From contig NZ_JAQNDN010000024.1 of assembly GCF_028369095.1 (NCBI RefSeq), positions 757,253 through 821,252 of the forward strand: a stretch of DNA of 64,000 nucleotides. Reading direction: 5' to 3'. Source of the stretch: Nannocystis radixulma. GTDB taxonomy: Bacteria > Myxococcota_A > Polyangia > Nannocystales > Nannocystaceae. The notes under the pieces were generated by a model. It was given only the letters and a program-made list of their open reading frames with translations. It was not told where the DNA came from and ran no database searches. The position numbers were made by a program, and so were the translations under genes. Shown one piece after another: positions 30,015-38,623 of this stretch (positions are counted from its first letter, which is position 1; each line of letters begins with the position of its first letter).

Positions 30015-30644
30015 ATGGGCACCTGGGGCGACGGCCTGTACGACAACGACAGTGCGCTCGACCTGATCGGCGATCTCGTGGCGCTGCCGGGGACCGACGT
30101 CGATCCCGTCGAGCTGGTGGTGGGCATCGGCCTGGTGGCGTGGCTGGACCCGGTGCGGTTGAAGCTCGACAAGGACGGTCACGTGGCGGCGGCGCTCGAG
30201 CTCGGCGAGGCGCTGCCGGCCGACGCGCGCGAAGTGCTGGCCGCGCTGGCCGGCGATGTCAAGACGGCGCTCGGCAGGAGCTCGCGCAGCGAGGCCGCGT
30301 ACGCCGCGATCGGCGGCTACAACGACGGCCCGCGGTTCGACGCGCTGCTGCGCCTGCCGGGCGGCCAGAGGTTCATCGACGCGCTCGGCGAACAGGCCGC
30401 GGAGGTCCTCGACGGCATCGCCGGCGACGACCTCGATCTGTACGAGCTCGCGGGCGGCCTCGGGGCGCTCGGCATCGTCGTCGAGCTGGTCGACGCGGGT
30501 CTGTGGCGGCCCGCGCCCGCGCGCGTCGCCGCGTGGCGCGGGGCCTTCGCCCGCGCCGACGCGGCCACGAGCGAGGAGCGGGGCTTCTGGGACGACTACG
30601 TCGCGCGCGTGCGCCTCGGCTTCGAGCTCGTGGCGCGCGCGTGA
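30015..30644 (+). CDS. DUF4259 family protein
   Basis: Internal ATG at 30015. The N-terminus MGTWGDGLYDNDSALD matches the characteristic DUF4259 opening. Confidence 0.6.
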   Translation: MGTWGDGLYDNDSALDLIGDLVALPGTDVDPVELVVGIGLVAWLDPVRLKLDKDGHVAAALELGEALPADAREVLAALAGDVKTALGRSSRSEAAYAAIGGYNDGPRFDALLRLPGGQRFIDALGEQAAEVLDGIAGDDLDLYELAGGLGALGIVVELVDAGLWRPAPARVAAWRGAFARADAATSEERGFWDDYVARVRLGFELVARA

Positions 30645-30746
30645 GCGCGCCTGCGCGATAGCGACGCGCGGCCCCGGGGCTGCCTTCGCGGCGCGTCGGC
30701 TCGTATGCTCGGGGCCCGCGACGTCAGCCGTCGCGACAGGAGCCCC

Positions 30747-33254
30747 ATGAACGACCGAGGCCGTGAACGAGACCTTGTCCTCGCACCGAACGAGTTCGCC
30801 TTCATCCTGGACGAGACGAAGGGCAACATCAACGTCTACGTCGGGCCGCACAAGACGAGCCTCGCCAACACCGACGCGCCGGTGGTGTTCGACGCCGGCA
30901 GCAAGCGGTTCGAACGGCGCCAGCTCGACGGCGCGATCCAGGCGCTGTCGATCGCGCCCGAGGGCTGGTACCTGGTGCTGAAGAACCCGGCGACCGACAA
31001 GAGCCACCCGCGGACCGGCGCGCTCAACAACTTGCCGTCGCTCGACACCGGCCGCAAGGTCAACATCCCCGGGCCGGCCTCGTTCGCGCTGTGGCCCGGC
31101 CAGATGGTCAGGGTCATCCAGGGCCACCACCTGCGCTCCAATCAATACCTGCTGGTCCGCGTCTACGACGAGGAGGGCGCCAAGGCCAACTGGAAGAACG
31201 CGGTGCTGCGCATGCGGCCCGAGGCGGCGCCCGACGAGGCCGAGGCCGCGGCCAGGGTGGTGCGGCCGCCCGATCTGACGATGGGCACGCTGCTGATCAC
31301 CCGCGGCACCGAGGTCGCGTTCTACATCCCGCCGACGGGCGTCGAGGTGGTGCCCGACGTCGACGGCAACTACGTGCGCGAGGCGATCACGCTCGAGCGA
31401 CTCGAGTACTGCATCCTGCTCGACGAGAACGGCAACAAGCGCTACATCCAGGGCCCCGACGTGGTGTTTCCGCAGCCGACGGAGACCTTCGTGGCGATCC
31501 GCGGCGCCCGCAAGTTCCGCGCGCTCGAGCTCAACGAGAACACCGGCCTCTACATCAAGGTCATCGCGCCGTACGAGGAGAACGGGGTCCGCTACAAGGT
31601 CGGCGACGAGCTGTTCATCACCGGCAAGGACACGATGATCTACCTGCCGCGGCCGGAGCACGCGATCATCAAGTACGGCGATCAGGAGCGTCACTACGCG
31701 GTGGCGATCCCGGCCGGCGAGGCGCGCTACGTGCTCGACCGCAACAAGGGCACGATCACGCTCAAGCGCGGGCCGGCGATCTATCTCCCCGATCCGCGCA
31801 CGGAGCTGATCATCCGCCGCGTCCTCGATCCGAAGACCGTGTCGCTGTGGTTCCCCGGCAACCGCGAGGCGTACGACTACAACCGCCGCATGGCCCAGCA
31901 GAACGCGCCGCAGATCGCGGCGGAGTTCGCGGCGGTGGCGTCGGTGCCGGTGCAGTCGGCCCGGGCCTCGGCGGCGCCCAAGGCGGCCCCCGCGGCGGCT
32001 CCCGGCGGTCCGCCGCCGCCTCCGCCGCCGCCGCCGTCGGAGTTCGCCGGCGACGACTTCACGCGCAGCCAGACCTTCACTGGCCCGCGCACGATCGTGC
32101 TCGACACCCGCTACGAGGGCGCGGTCGCCATCGACGTGTGGACCGGCTACGCGGTGCTGGTGGTGTCGAAGACCGGCGAGCGCAAGGTCGTCGCCGGGCC
32201 GCACACGCACCTGCTCGAGTACGACGAGACGTTGCAGGTGCTCGAGCTGTCGACCGGCACGCCGAAGAGCGAGCAGAACCTGTACAAGACGGTGTACCTG
32301 CGGGTGCTCAACAACAAGGTGTCCGACCAGGTCGAGGTCGAGACCCGCGACCTGGTGCGCGTGCAGCTGCAGCTCAGCTACCGCGTCAACTTCGAGGGCG
32401 ACCCGAACAAGTGGTTCGAGGTCGAGAATTACGTCAAGTTCCTGACCGACCACCTGCGCTCGCTGATCCGCGCGGCGGTCAAGCGCCACGGCATCGAGCA
32501 GTTCTACGCCGACTCGGTGGCGATCCTGCGCGACGTGATCCTCGGGACGACGGGCGAGGACGGCAAGCGCCCCGGTCGTCGCTTCGAGGAGAACGGCATG
32601 CGCGTGTACGACGTCGAGGTCCTCGAGGTCACGATCGGCGACGAGGCGATCGCCGAGCTGCTGGTCCAGGCGCAGCACGCCGCGGTCCAGCAGACGCTGT
32701 CGCTGGCGGCCGAGCAGCGCCGGCTCGAGATGGTGCGCCAGACCGAGGGCGTGACGCAGCAGGTCGCCGAGGCCAAGTCGGCGACGCTGCAGCAGGCGAT
32801 CGCGCTGCGTACCCGCGAGGGCGAGCAGCAGCAGCGCTATCAGCTGGCCGAGCTGGCGGCCAAGCTCGACCTGCACGAGCGGCAACAGCAGGCGCTGCTG
32901 GCCGAGCAGGAGCGGGTGGGGGCGATCCACGGGGCCGACCTCGGCCGCCGTCAGGCCACGGCCCAGCTCGATCTGTCGATCCAGCAGCAGCAGCTCGACC
33001 AGCGCCTGCGCGAGCTGCAGGCCGAGGTCATGGCGGTGGTCGAGAAGGCGCGGGCGGTCTCGCCCGACCTCATCGCCGCGCTGCAGGCGTTCGGCGACCG
33101 GGCCCTGGCCGAGAAGATGGCGGAGTCGATGGCGCCGCTGGCGATCCTCGGCGGAGAGAGCGTGGCCGAGGTGCTCGGCCGCCTGCTCCGCGGCTCTCCG
33201 CTGGCGCGCCTGCTGCCGGCCGGCGAGGCGAAGACCGAGACACCGAAGTCGTGA
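30747..33254 (+). CDS. Major vault protein (MVP) homologue
   Basis: Internal ATG at 30747 preceded by gacaggagcc. The N-terminal MVP repeat units resemble FAFILDETKGNINVYVGPHKT, YLVLKN…, YIKVIAPYEENGVRYKVGDELFI and so on. These are followed by a shoulder-like region and a long coiled-coil-like tail (QQQLDQRLRELQAEV…). Confidence 0.8.
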   Translation: MNDRGRERDLVLAPNEFAFILDETKGNINVYVGPHKTSLANTDAPVVFDAGSKRFERRQLDGAIQALSIAPEGWYLVLKNPATDKSHPRTGALNNLPSLDTGRKVNIPGPASFALWPGQMVRVIQGHHLRSNQYLLVRVYDEEGAKANWKNAVLRMRPEAAPDEAEAAARVVRPPDLTMGTLLITRGTEVAFYIPPTGVEVVPDVDGNYVREAITLERLEYCILLDENGNKRYIQGPDVVFPQPTETFVAIRGARKFRALELNENTGLYIKVIAPYEENGVRYKVGDELFITGKDTMIYLPRPEHAIIKYGDQERHYAVAIPAGEARYVLDRNKGTITLKRGPAIYLPDPRTELIIRRVLDPKTVSLWFPGNREAYDYNRRMAQQNAPQIAAEFAAVASVPVQSARASAAPKAAPAAAPGGPPPPPPPPPSEFAGDDFTRSQTFTGPRTIVLDTRYEGAVAIDVWTGYAVLVVSKTGERKVVAGPHTHLLEYDETLQVLELSTGTPKSEQNLYKTVYLRVLNNKVSDQVEVETRDLVRVQLQLSYRVNFEGDPNKWFEVENYVKFLTDHLRSLIRAAVKRHGIEQFYADSVAILRDVILGTTGEDGKRPGRRFEENGMRVYDVEVLEVTIGDEAIAELLVQAQHAAVQQTLSLAAEQRRLEMVRQTEGVTQQVAEAKSATLQQAIALRTREGEQQQRYQLAELAAKLDLHERQQQALLAEQERVGAIHGADLGRRQATAQLDLSIQQQQLDQRLRELQAEVMAVVEKARAVSPDLIAALQAFGDRALAEKMAESMAPLAILGGESVAEVLGRLLRGSPLARLLPAGEAKTETPKS

Positions 33255-33420
33255 GGCCTGGGCCGCGCGTCCGCGCGACGGCGCGGGCGGGCTGGCCATC
33301 GTGACAGTGCGAGCCCGGCGGCGATGTGGGGGCTCGCCGCCACCGATGGCGCGACCGGGACAGCGAAGTCGTGAGGCTTCATCCTCGCGTCCGCGCGCCC
33401 TGGGATCGGCGTGCGGGCGC
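33241..33420. repeat. The 3' end of the MVP gene, including its stop codon, is duplicated ~122 bp downstream
   Basis: accgaagtcgtgaggcctgggccgcgcgtccgcgcg at the MVP stop matches gcgaagtcgtgaggcttcatcctcgcgtccgcgcg at ~33364. Confidence 0.6.
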
Positions 33421-33449
33421 CGGCCGCATCGGCGTGTTAGGCTGCGCGC

Positions 33450-34769
33450 ATGAGCTTAAGTGATGTGCGTCGTCGTCTGCCCGTGGTGGCCTCGCTGCCC
33501 GCACCCGACAACCGGTGGATGACGAACCCGGCCCGACGCGAGGCCAAGGCGCCGCGCTGGGCGGTGTGGGAGCTGACCCTCGCGTGTGACCAGCACTGCG
33601 CCCATTGCGGCCCGCGAGCAGGCCAGCGGCGGCCCAACGAGCTCACGACCGAGGAGTGCCTGCAGGTGGTGCGCGAGCTGAAGGAGCTCGGCTGCGGCGA
33701 GGTGGTGCTGATCGGCGGCGAGGCCTATCTGCGCAACGACTTCATCCTGATCATCCGCGCCATCCGCGAGGCCGGGATGGCGTGCACGATGACGACCGGC
33801 GGCCTCAACCTCAACGAGGAGCGGGCCGCGGCGATGATCGAGGCCGGGATCGGCAGCGTGACGTTCTCGATCGACGGCCTGCAGGCCACGCACGATCGCC
33901 TGCGCGGGGTGCCGGGCAGCTGGGAGCGCGCGTTCGCGGCGATGCGGCGGATCCGCGATGCCGGCGGCCGGATCGCCAGCAACACCCAGATCAACGCGCT
34001 GACCCGCACCGAGCTGCTGCCGCTGTTCGAGCTGCTGGCCGACGAGGGCATCCATTCGTGGCAGCTGCAGATCACGGTGCCGCACGGCAACGCGGCCGAC
34101 CACCCGGAGATCCTGCTGCAGCCGCACATGTTCCTCGACATCTTCAAGACGCTCGAGCAAGTGCTCGACCGCTGCGAAGCCCGCGGAGTGCGGCTGTGGC
34201 CGGGCAACAACCTCGGCTACTTCGGCCCGCTCGAGCGGCGCATGCGGAACTCCCAGCGCAAGCACTGGCGCGGCTGCACGGCCGGGGTGTCGGTGATGGG
34301 CATCGAGAGCGACGGCTCGATCAAGAACTGCCCGAGCCTCGGCGGCGGCAACAACATCGGCGGCAACTGGCGCGTGCACGGGGTCAAGAAGGTGTGGGAA
34401 GAGTCGTATCAGCTCGGCTACATCCGCGCGCGCACGGTCGACGACCTGTGGGGCTATTGCCGCGAATGCTACTACGCCGAGACTTGCATGGCCGGCTGCA
34501 CGGCCGCGGCCGAGCCGCTGCTCGGGCGCCCGGGCAACAATCCCTTCTGCCACCACCGGGCACTGATGATGGATCGGGCAGGACTGCGCGAGCGCATCGA
34601 GCAGATCCGCGGGGCGGGCGGGCAGCCGTTCGACAACGGGCTGTTCCGGGTGATCCGCGAACACGCCGATCCGGCGCTGCGGGAGCTGCACGGGCCGGTC
34701 GCGGTCGAGGAGCCGCGGGTGTCGCGGGCCGAGGAGCCTTTCGGGGCGGGGCGGACGCTCGTGCTCTGA
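33450..34769 (+). CDS. Radical SAM / SPASM-domain peptide-modifying enzyme, paralogue 2
   Basis: CDQHCAHCG cluster and a SPASM C-terminus. It is collinear with the 12132..13478 protein along its whole length. Confidence 0.9.
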   Translation: MSLSDVRRRLPVVASLPAPDNRWMTNPARREAKAPRWAVWELTLACDQHCAHCGPRAGQRRPNELTTEECLQVVRELKELGCGEVVLIGGEAYLRNDFILIIRAIREAGMACTMTTGGLNLNEERAAAMIEAGIGSVTFSIDGLQATHDRLRGVPGSWERAFAAMRRIRDAGGRIASNTQINALTRTELLPLFELLADEGIHSWQLQITVPHGNAADHPEILLQPHMFLDIFKTLEQVLDRCEARGVRLWPGNNLGYFGPLERRMRNSQRKHWRGCTAGVSVMGIESDGSIKNCPSLGGGNNIGGNWRVHGVKKVWEESYQLGYIRARTVDDLWGYCRECYYAETCMAGCTAAAEPLLGRPGNNPFCHHRALMMDRAGLRERIEQIRGAGGQPFDNGLFRVIREHADPALRELHGPVAVEEPRVSRAEEPFGAGRTLVL

Positions 34770-34794
34770 TTGGTTCGGCGCGGGGCCGGGTGTG

Positions 34795-35070
34795 GCGCTT
34801 CGCGAATTGCCGACTGCGCCTCGCGGGGGGTCCGGGGAAGGGTCGGCGACGAGTTCAGCGTCTGGATGGACGCTCGTTCCTCGCGCCCATCCTGCCTCGT
34901 ATTCGTCGCCGACCCTTCCCCGGACCCCTGGCACGGCTGCAGCCGTGAGAGGCCGACGCGGCGTCGTCGGCTTCGATGGAGGATGTCCTGAGGGACAGGT
35001 CATGAGCGCCTGTTCGACGGCCAGGGCTGGCCGCCGAACAGACGCATTCTCGGGTCATTCACGCCGCGTC
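34795..35070. repeat. Copy A of a ~200-bp repeat (inverted copy B at 41065-41246); it carries an extra ~97-bp palindromic insertion
   Basis: 34795-34838 aligns with the reverse complement of 41202-41246, and 34935-35070 aligns with the reverse complement of 41065-41200. Identity is about 85%. Confidence 0.75.
34828..34927. other. Perfect 24-bp inverted repeat forming a hairpin with a ~52-nt loop, between the convergent rSAM 2 and partner genes; candidate bidirectional terminator or MITE-like insertion
   Basis: gggtccggggaagggtcggcgacg at 34828-34851 pairs exactly with cgtcgccgacccttccccggaccc at 34904-34927. Copy B contains only one arm. Confidence 0.6.
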
Positions 35071-35229
35071 ATTCCCAGGCGGGGACGCTCGCGCGGGGAG
35101 CCGCATCGACGCAGGTCGACGGGCATGCCGAGACGGGCATTATAGACAATAATATGATGTGTCCGTCAGGACAGGTCCGGACAGACATGCGGGCCGCGAG
35201 GGCGTTCGCGGCGGATCAGGGGCGCGAGC

Positions 35230-35823
35230 TCAACCGCCGGTGGTGCCGGTGCTGGTGGTCTCACCGGTGGTGCCGGTGCTCGTGCTGGTGCTCTCGGGGC
35301 CGCCGGTGCCGGTGGTCGTCCAGCCCTCGTCGGGGCCGGCGTAGGTCGAGGCGTCCGTGGTACTCCAGTTCGTCGTGGTCGTGGTGGTGGAGGGGCCGGC
35401 CGTGGTGGTCGTGGTGGTGTCCCAGTCGGTGGTCCACCCCTCGTCGGGACCGGCGTAGGTGGAGCCGTCGCCCGAGGGATTCGGCGGATCGACGGTCGTG
35501 TCGCCGACGGTGTTCTCGCCGCCAGAGGTGGTGGTGAGGGGGCCGTTGGAGGTCGAGGTGTCGCCGGAGGTCGAGGTGTCGCCGGCGGTCTCGGAGTCGG
35601 CCGCGGCCTCGGTGCCGGACTCGCTCGGATCGGTGGTCGCCGTGTCGCCGGGTTCCTTGTCGAGCTGGCAGGCGGCACCCATCACACCGAGGCTCGCGCT
35701 CAGGGCGATTGCCGTCCACGAGGGGCTGAACGTGTGACGCTGAGTGTGACCGCAGAACGGGCAACTGGCGTCGGACGCTCGGAATAGACAGGCGCACTCA
35801 GGGCAATCGATAAGAGAAGACAT
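35230..35823 (-). CDS. Paralogue of the 13485..13952 protein: an N-terminal CxxC…CxxC module, a transmembrane/lipobox helix, and a Thr/Ser/Gly-rich tail with DEGWTT repeats
   Basis: Internal ATG at 35821-35823 (MSSLIDCPECACLFRASDASCPFCGH…TAIALSASLGVMGAACQLDK… then TSTSGDTSTS… and STYAGPDEGWTT twice). Confidence 0.7.
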   Translation of the reverse strand: MSSLIDCPECACLFRASDASCPFCGHTQRHTFSPSWTAIALSASLGVMGAACQLDKEPGDTATTDPSESGTEAAADSETAGDTSTSGDTSTSNGPLTTTSGGENTVGDTTVDPPNPSGDGSTYAGPDEGWTTDWDTTTTTTAGPSTTTTTTNWSTTDASTYAGPDEGWTTTGTGGPESTSTSTGTTGETTSTGTTGG

Positions 35824-35895
35824 GGGCGGACCATAGCAGACACGGCCCGCCGGTGACCAGAAAAACAGCCGGTCCGCGGGCGGACCCGCCGTGCG

Positions 35896-38340
35896 GTGGG
35901 ATACACTCGCGCGGTGTCTTTCGCGCTCGCGCTGGCGCTCGTGCTGTTGTCGGCGAGCCTTGTCGGGCTGGTGGCGCTGCACCGTGAAGCGCTGCGGCGG
36001 GCGCTGCTGCGTGCGGTCGACCCGAGACCGCTGGCGCTGTTCCGGATCGCGTTCGGTTGTTGTCTGCTGGCGACAACGGTCGAGATCGCGCCGCTGCTCG
36101 ACTATCTATTCTCCGACGAGGGCCTGCTGCCGCGTGCCGTGGTGCCGGAGCTCATGGGGCGCGGGGCGACGGTCGGCTTCGGCGACGGCGTGCGCGAGCC
36201 CGCGGGCCCGCGCGACCTGGCGGCGCTGGTCGAGTTCGTGATCAGCGGGCGCTGGTCGCCGCTTTACTTCGGGGACAGCCCGACGGCGGTGCGGCTGCAT
36301 TTCGCGGGGCTGGTGGTCGCGGCACTCGGGCTGACGCTGGGCTGGCGCACCCGCGTCAGCACGATCCTCTGCTGGCTGCTGTACGCCGGGCTGCTGCGCC
36401 GCGGCGACGCCCACTGGGGCGGCGAGCAGGTGTTCTGCGCGTTCCTGTTCCTGCTGATGTGGTCGCGCTGCGGGGCGGCGTTCAGCGTCGACAACTGGCG
36501 GCGCTGCCGGGCTCTGCGACGACGTGGCTTTTTGAGCATGTCCTCGGGACCAGGCGCCGGGGCGGGCCTGGCTCCGTCGCCGGCGGCGCCGCGGGGGCTG
36601 GCAGCGATCTACCGCCGGATCCCCGCGTGGCCGCAGGCGCTGATCGCCGCCCAGCTGGCGCTGTGCTACGCCGTCAACGGCTGGGCCAAGTCGGGCCCGA
36701 CGTGGCGCTCGGGCGACGCGCTGCTGCTGGTGTTGTCGCGCGACACATATGTCCGTTGGGACATGTCCGCGGCGATCGCCGCGGTCGGGCCGTGGCCGCT
36801 GCGCCTGGCCAGCTGGGGCGTGGAATGGTGGGAGCGGCTGTTCCCGCTGGTGCTGGTCGGGCTGGCGCTGCGGGCCGTGGCGCGCAGCGGAGCGCCGGCG
36901 CTGCAGGGGGCCGCGAGCGCGGGGGCGCGGCTGTGTTGGGCCGGGATCGCGGTGGCGGCGGGGCTGGCCGTGGCTGTCCCTCAGGACCTGGTGGAAAAGT
37001 CAGGTGATCCCGGCGGCTTCGAGCGCGCGGCGACGCTGGCGGTGCTGGCGGCGATCACCGCGGCGGTGGCGATCGCGGGGCCGCGGGCGGCGGCGGTGGG
37101 TCGGCGCCTGGCCGCGGGACCGCTGGCGCCGCGCTGGTGGCTGGGGTTCGGGGCGCTGTTCCACCTCGCCAACCACGCGCTGCTGGCCGTGGGAGCGTTC
37201 GCGCCGGCGACGCTGGCGGCTTATCTGGTGTGCGGGGCGGGTCCGTGGGCGATTGCGATGTTGCAGCGAGCGCTGGGCGGGCTGGCACGCCTGGGCTTAC
37301 CTGTCCCCGAGCACCTGCGCCGAGAGACAGCCATCGCGGCGGAGGATCCGTCGCTGCCGCACCTGCACCGCGACGCGGCGGCGCTGCCGGGGTGGGCGAT
37401 CGCGGCCGCCGGCGGGGTGGTGCTGGCGGGCGGACTGGTGGGGCTGGCCGCGGGCGCCGGGCCGCGGGCGTGGCACGCGGCCTGGCTGGCCGCAGGGACA
37501 GGTCTGACGATCGTCGGCTGGAGGGTCGCGCGGCGCCGTCGCAGCGAGACGACGGCGCTGGTCGAGCCGTGGGCGCACGGTCCGGCGGGTCGCCTGGCGG
37601 CCGGGGGGCTCGTGGCGTACCACGTGGTCGCGCTGCTGGTGTGGCAGCTGCCGGCGTGGTCGAGCCTGCCGTGGCGCGGGCCCGTGCGGGCGCTGGTCGG
37701 GCCGTGGATCGAGCTCAGCTACACCAGCCAGGTGTGGTCGATGTTCGCGCCCAATCCCCCGCGCGATCAGATGCTGGTGCGGACGACGGTGGTCGACGCG
37801 GCCGGGGTCCGCCACCGCTTCGGTGAGGGGCCGCAGCGCGCGGACGATCTGCCGCTGCCGCATCCGTGGCACGATCGCTGGCGCAAGATCGGCGACAATC
37901 TGCTCGGGCAGCGCGAGCGCATGTCGCTGTGGCACGTGCGCTACCTGTGCCGCCGCTGGGCGCTCGAGCACGCGGGCGAGCCGGCCCGCGAGGCGCGGCT
38001 CGAGGGGCTGCGCGCGCCGTTCGCTCCGCCCGGCAGCGAGCGCCAGGAGCACTTCGCGGCGCACGTCGAGACGCGGGTGCTGGCGCAGCTGAACTGCGCG
38101 GAGGAGCCGTTCGCCCAGCTGGCCCCCGAGGTGCGCGCGCGCCACGGGCTGCCGCCCGCGCCGCCCGGATCGCTGCGCTTCGCGTGGGCGCCGGAGCGGG
38201 CGGCGACGTGGGCCGAACGACGCACGCGTCGCGATCCGTTGGCGCCCTTGTGGCCGCTGGCGGCGCTGGGGCTGCTGGCGGCGCTGGCGAGGTGGGCGCG
38301 CGAGGATCGGCGGGGACGTGCACCGGCGGGTGATTCGTAG
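35896..38340 (+). CDS. HTTM (vitamin-K-dependent gamma-carboxylase-like) domain polytopic membrane protein with a C-terminal DUF5819/SdpB-like region
   Basis: N-terminal HTTM pattern (LALFRIAFGCCLL…), many transmembrane helices, and the C-terminal block VWSMFAPNPPRDQMLVRTTVVDAAG…WRKIGDNL. Confidence 0.65.
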   Translation: MGYTRAVSFALALALVLLSASLVGLVALHREALRRALLRAVDPRPLALFRIAFGCCLLATTVEIAPLLDYLFSDEGLLPRAVVPELMGRGATVGFGDGVREPAGPRDLAALVEFVISGRWSPLYFGDSPTAVRLHFAGLVVAALGLTLGWRTRVSTILCWLLYAGLLRRGDAHWGGEQVFCAFLFLLMWSRCGAAFSVDNWRRCRALRRRGFLSMSSGPGAGAGLAPSPAAPRGLAAIYRRIPAWPQALIAAQLALCYAVNGWAKSGPTWRSGDALLLVLSRDTYVRWDMSAAIAAVGPWPLRLASWGVEWWERLFPLVLVGLALRAVARSGAPALQGAASAGARLCWAGIAVAAGLAVAVPQDLVEKSGDPGGFERAATLAVLAAITAAVAIAGPRAAAVGRRLAAGPLAPRWWLGFGALFHLANHALLAVGAFAPATLAAYLVCGAGPWAIAMLQRALGGLARLGLPVPEHLRRETAIAAEDPSLPHLHRDAAALPGWAIAAAGGVVLAGGLVGLAAGAGPRAWHAAWLAAGTGLTIVGWRVARRRRSETTALVEPWAHGPAGRLAAGGLVAYHVVALLVWQLPAWSSLPWRGPVRALVGPWIELSYTSQVWSMFAPNPPRDQMLVRTTVVDAAGVRHRFGEGPQRADDLPLPHPWHDRWRKIGDNLLGQRERMSLWHVRYLCRRWALEHAGEPAREARLEGLRAPFAPPGSERQEHFAAHVETRVLAQLNCAEEPFAQLAPEVRARHGLPPAPPGSLRFAWAPERAATWAERRTRRDPLAPLWPLAALGLLAALARWAREDRRGRAPAGDS

Positions 38341-38480
38341 GACATGTCGCTACGGACAGGAGTCGCAGCGCGGCCGGGCGCGGAGGGCGCAGAATATGTG
38401 CCTGAATGGACATGTTCATATATTCATGGCTTGTGGCAATCTGGATAAGACATGACCCAATGGACATGTGAATATGTTCA
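38340..38480. repeat. AT-rich array of 14-bp-phased GGACATGT repeats upstream of the ParA-like/TPR gene
   Basis: gacatgtcgctacggacagg … ctgaatggacatgttcatat attcatggcttgtg … gacatgacccaat ggacatgtgaatat gttcatgtccgaat ggacactcccgaag. Confidence 0.6.
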
Positions 38481-38623
38481 TGTCCGAATGGACACTCCCG
38501 AAGAGACGGTCGGACTCGTTGCAGCCAGGCAGACCCGCGGGGCGCGACGGGTGAAACCGCACGCCGACGGGGGCACGGGCGGCGTGCGGCGCGGGGCGCA
38601 CGCGGGTAGAAGGGGTCGCAGGC

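Noticed and set aside
29970-33299. A 1109-aa minus ORF antisense to the MVP gene; similar ORFs at 8461-10806, 20819-23236, 22197-24434, 39584-41158, 53539-54903, 55021-56973 and 58272-60119
   Set aside because: All are low-complexity (R, G, A, D, L runs) and lie opposite CDS with clear domain content.
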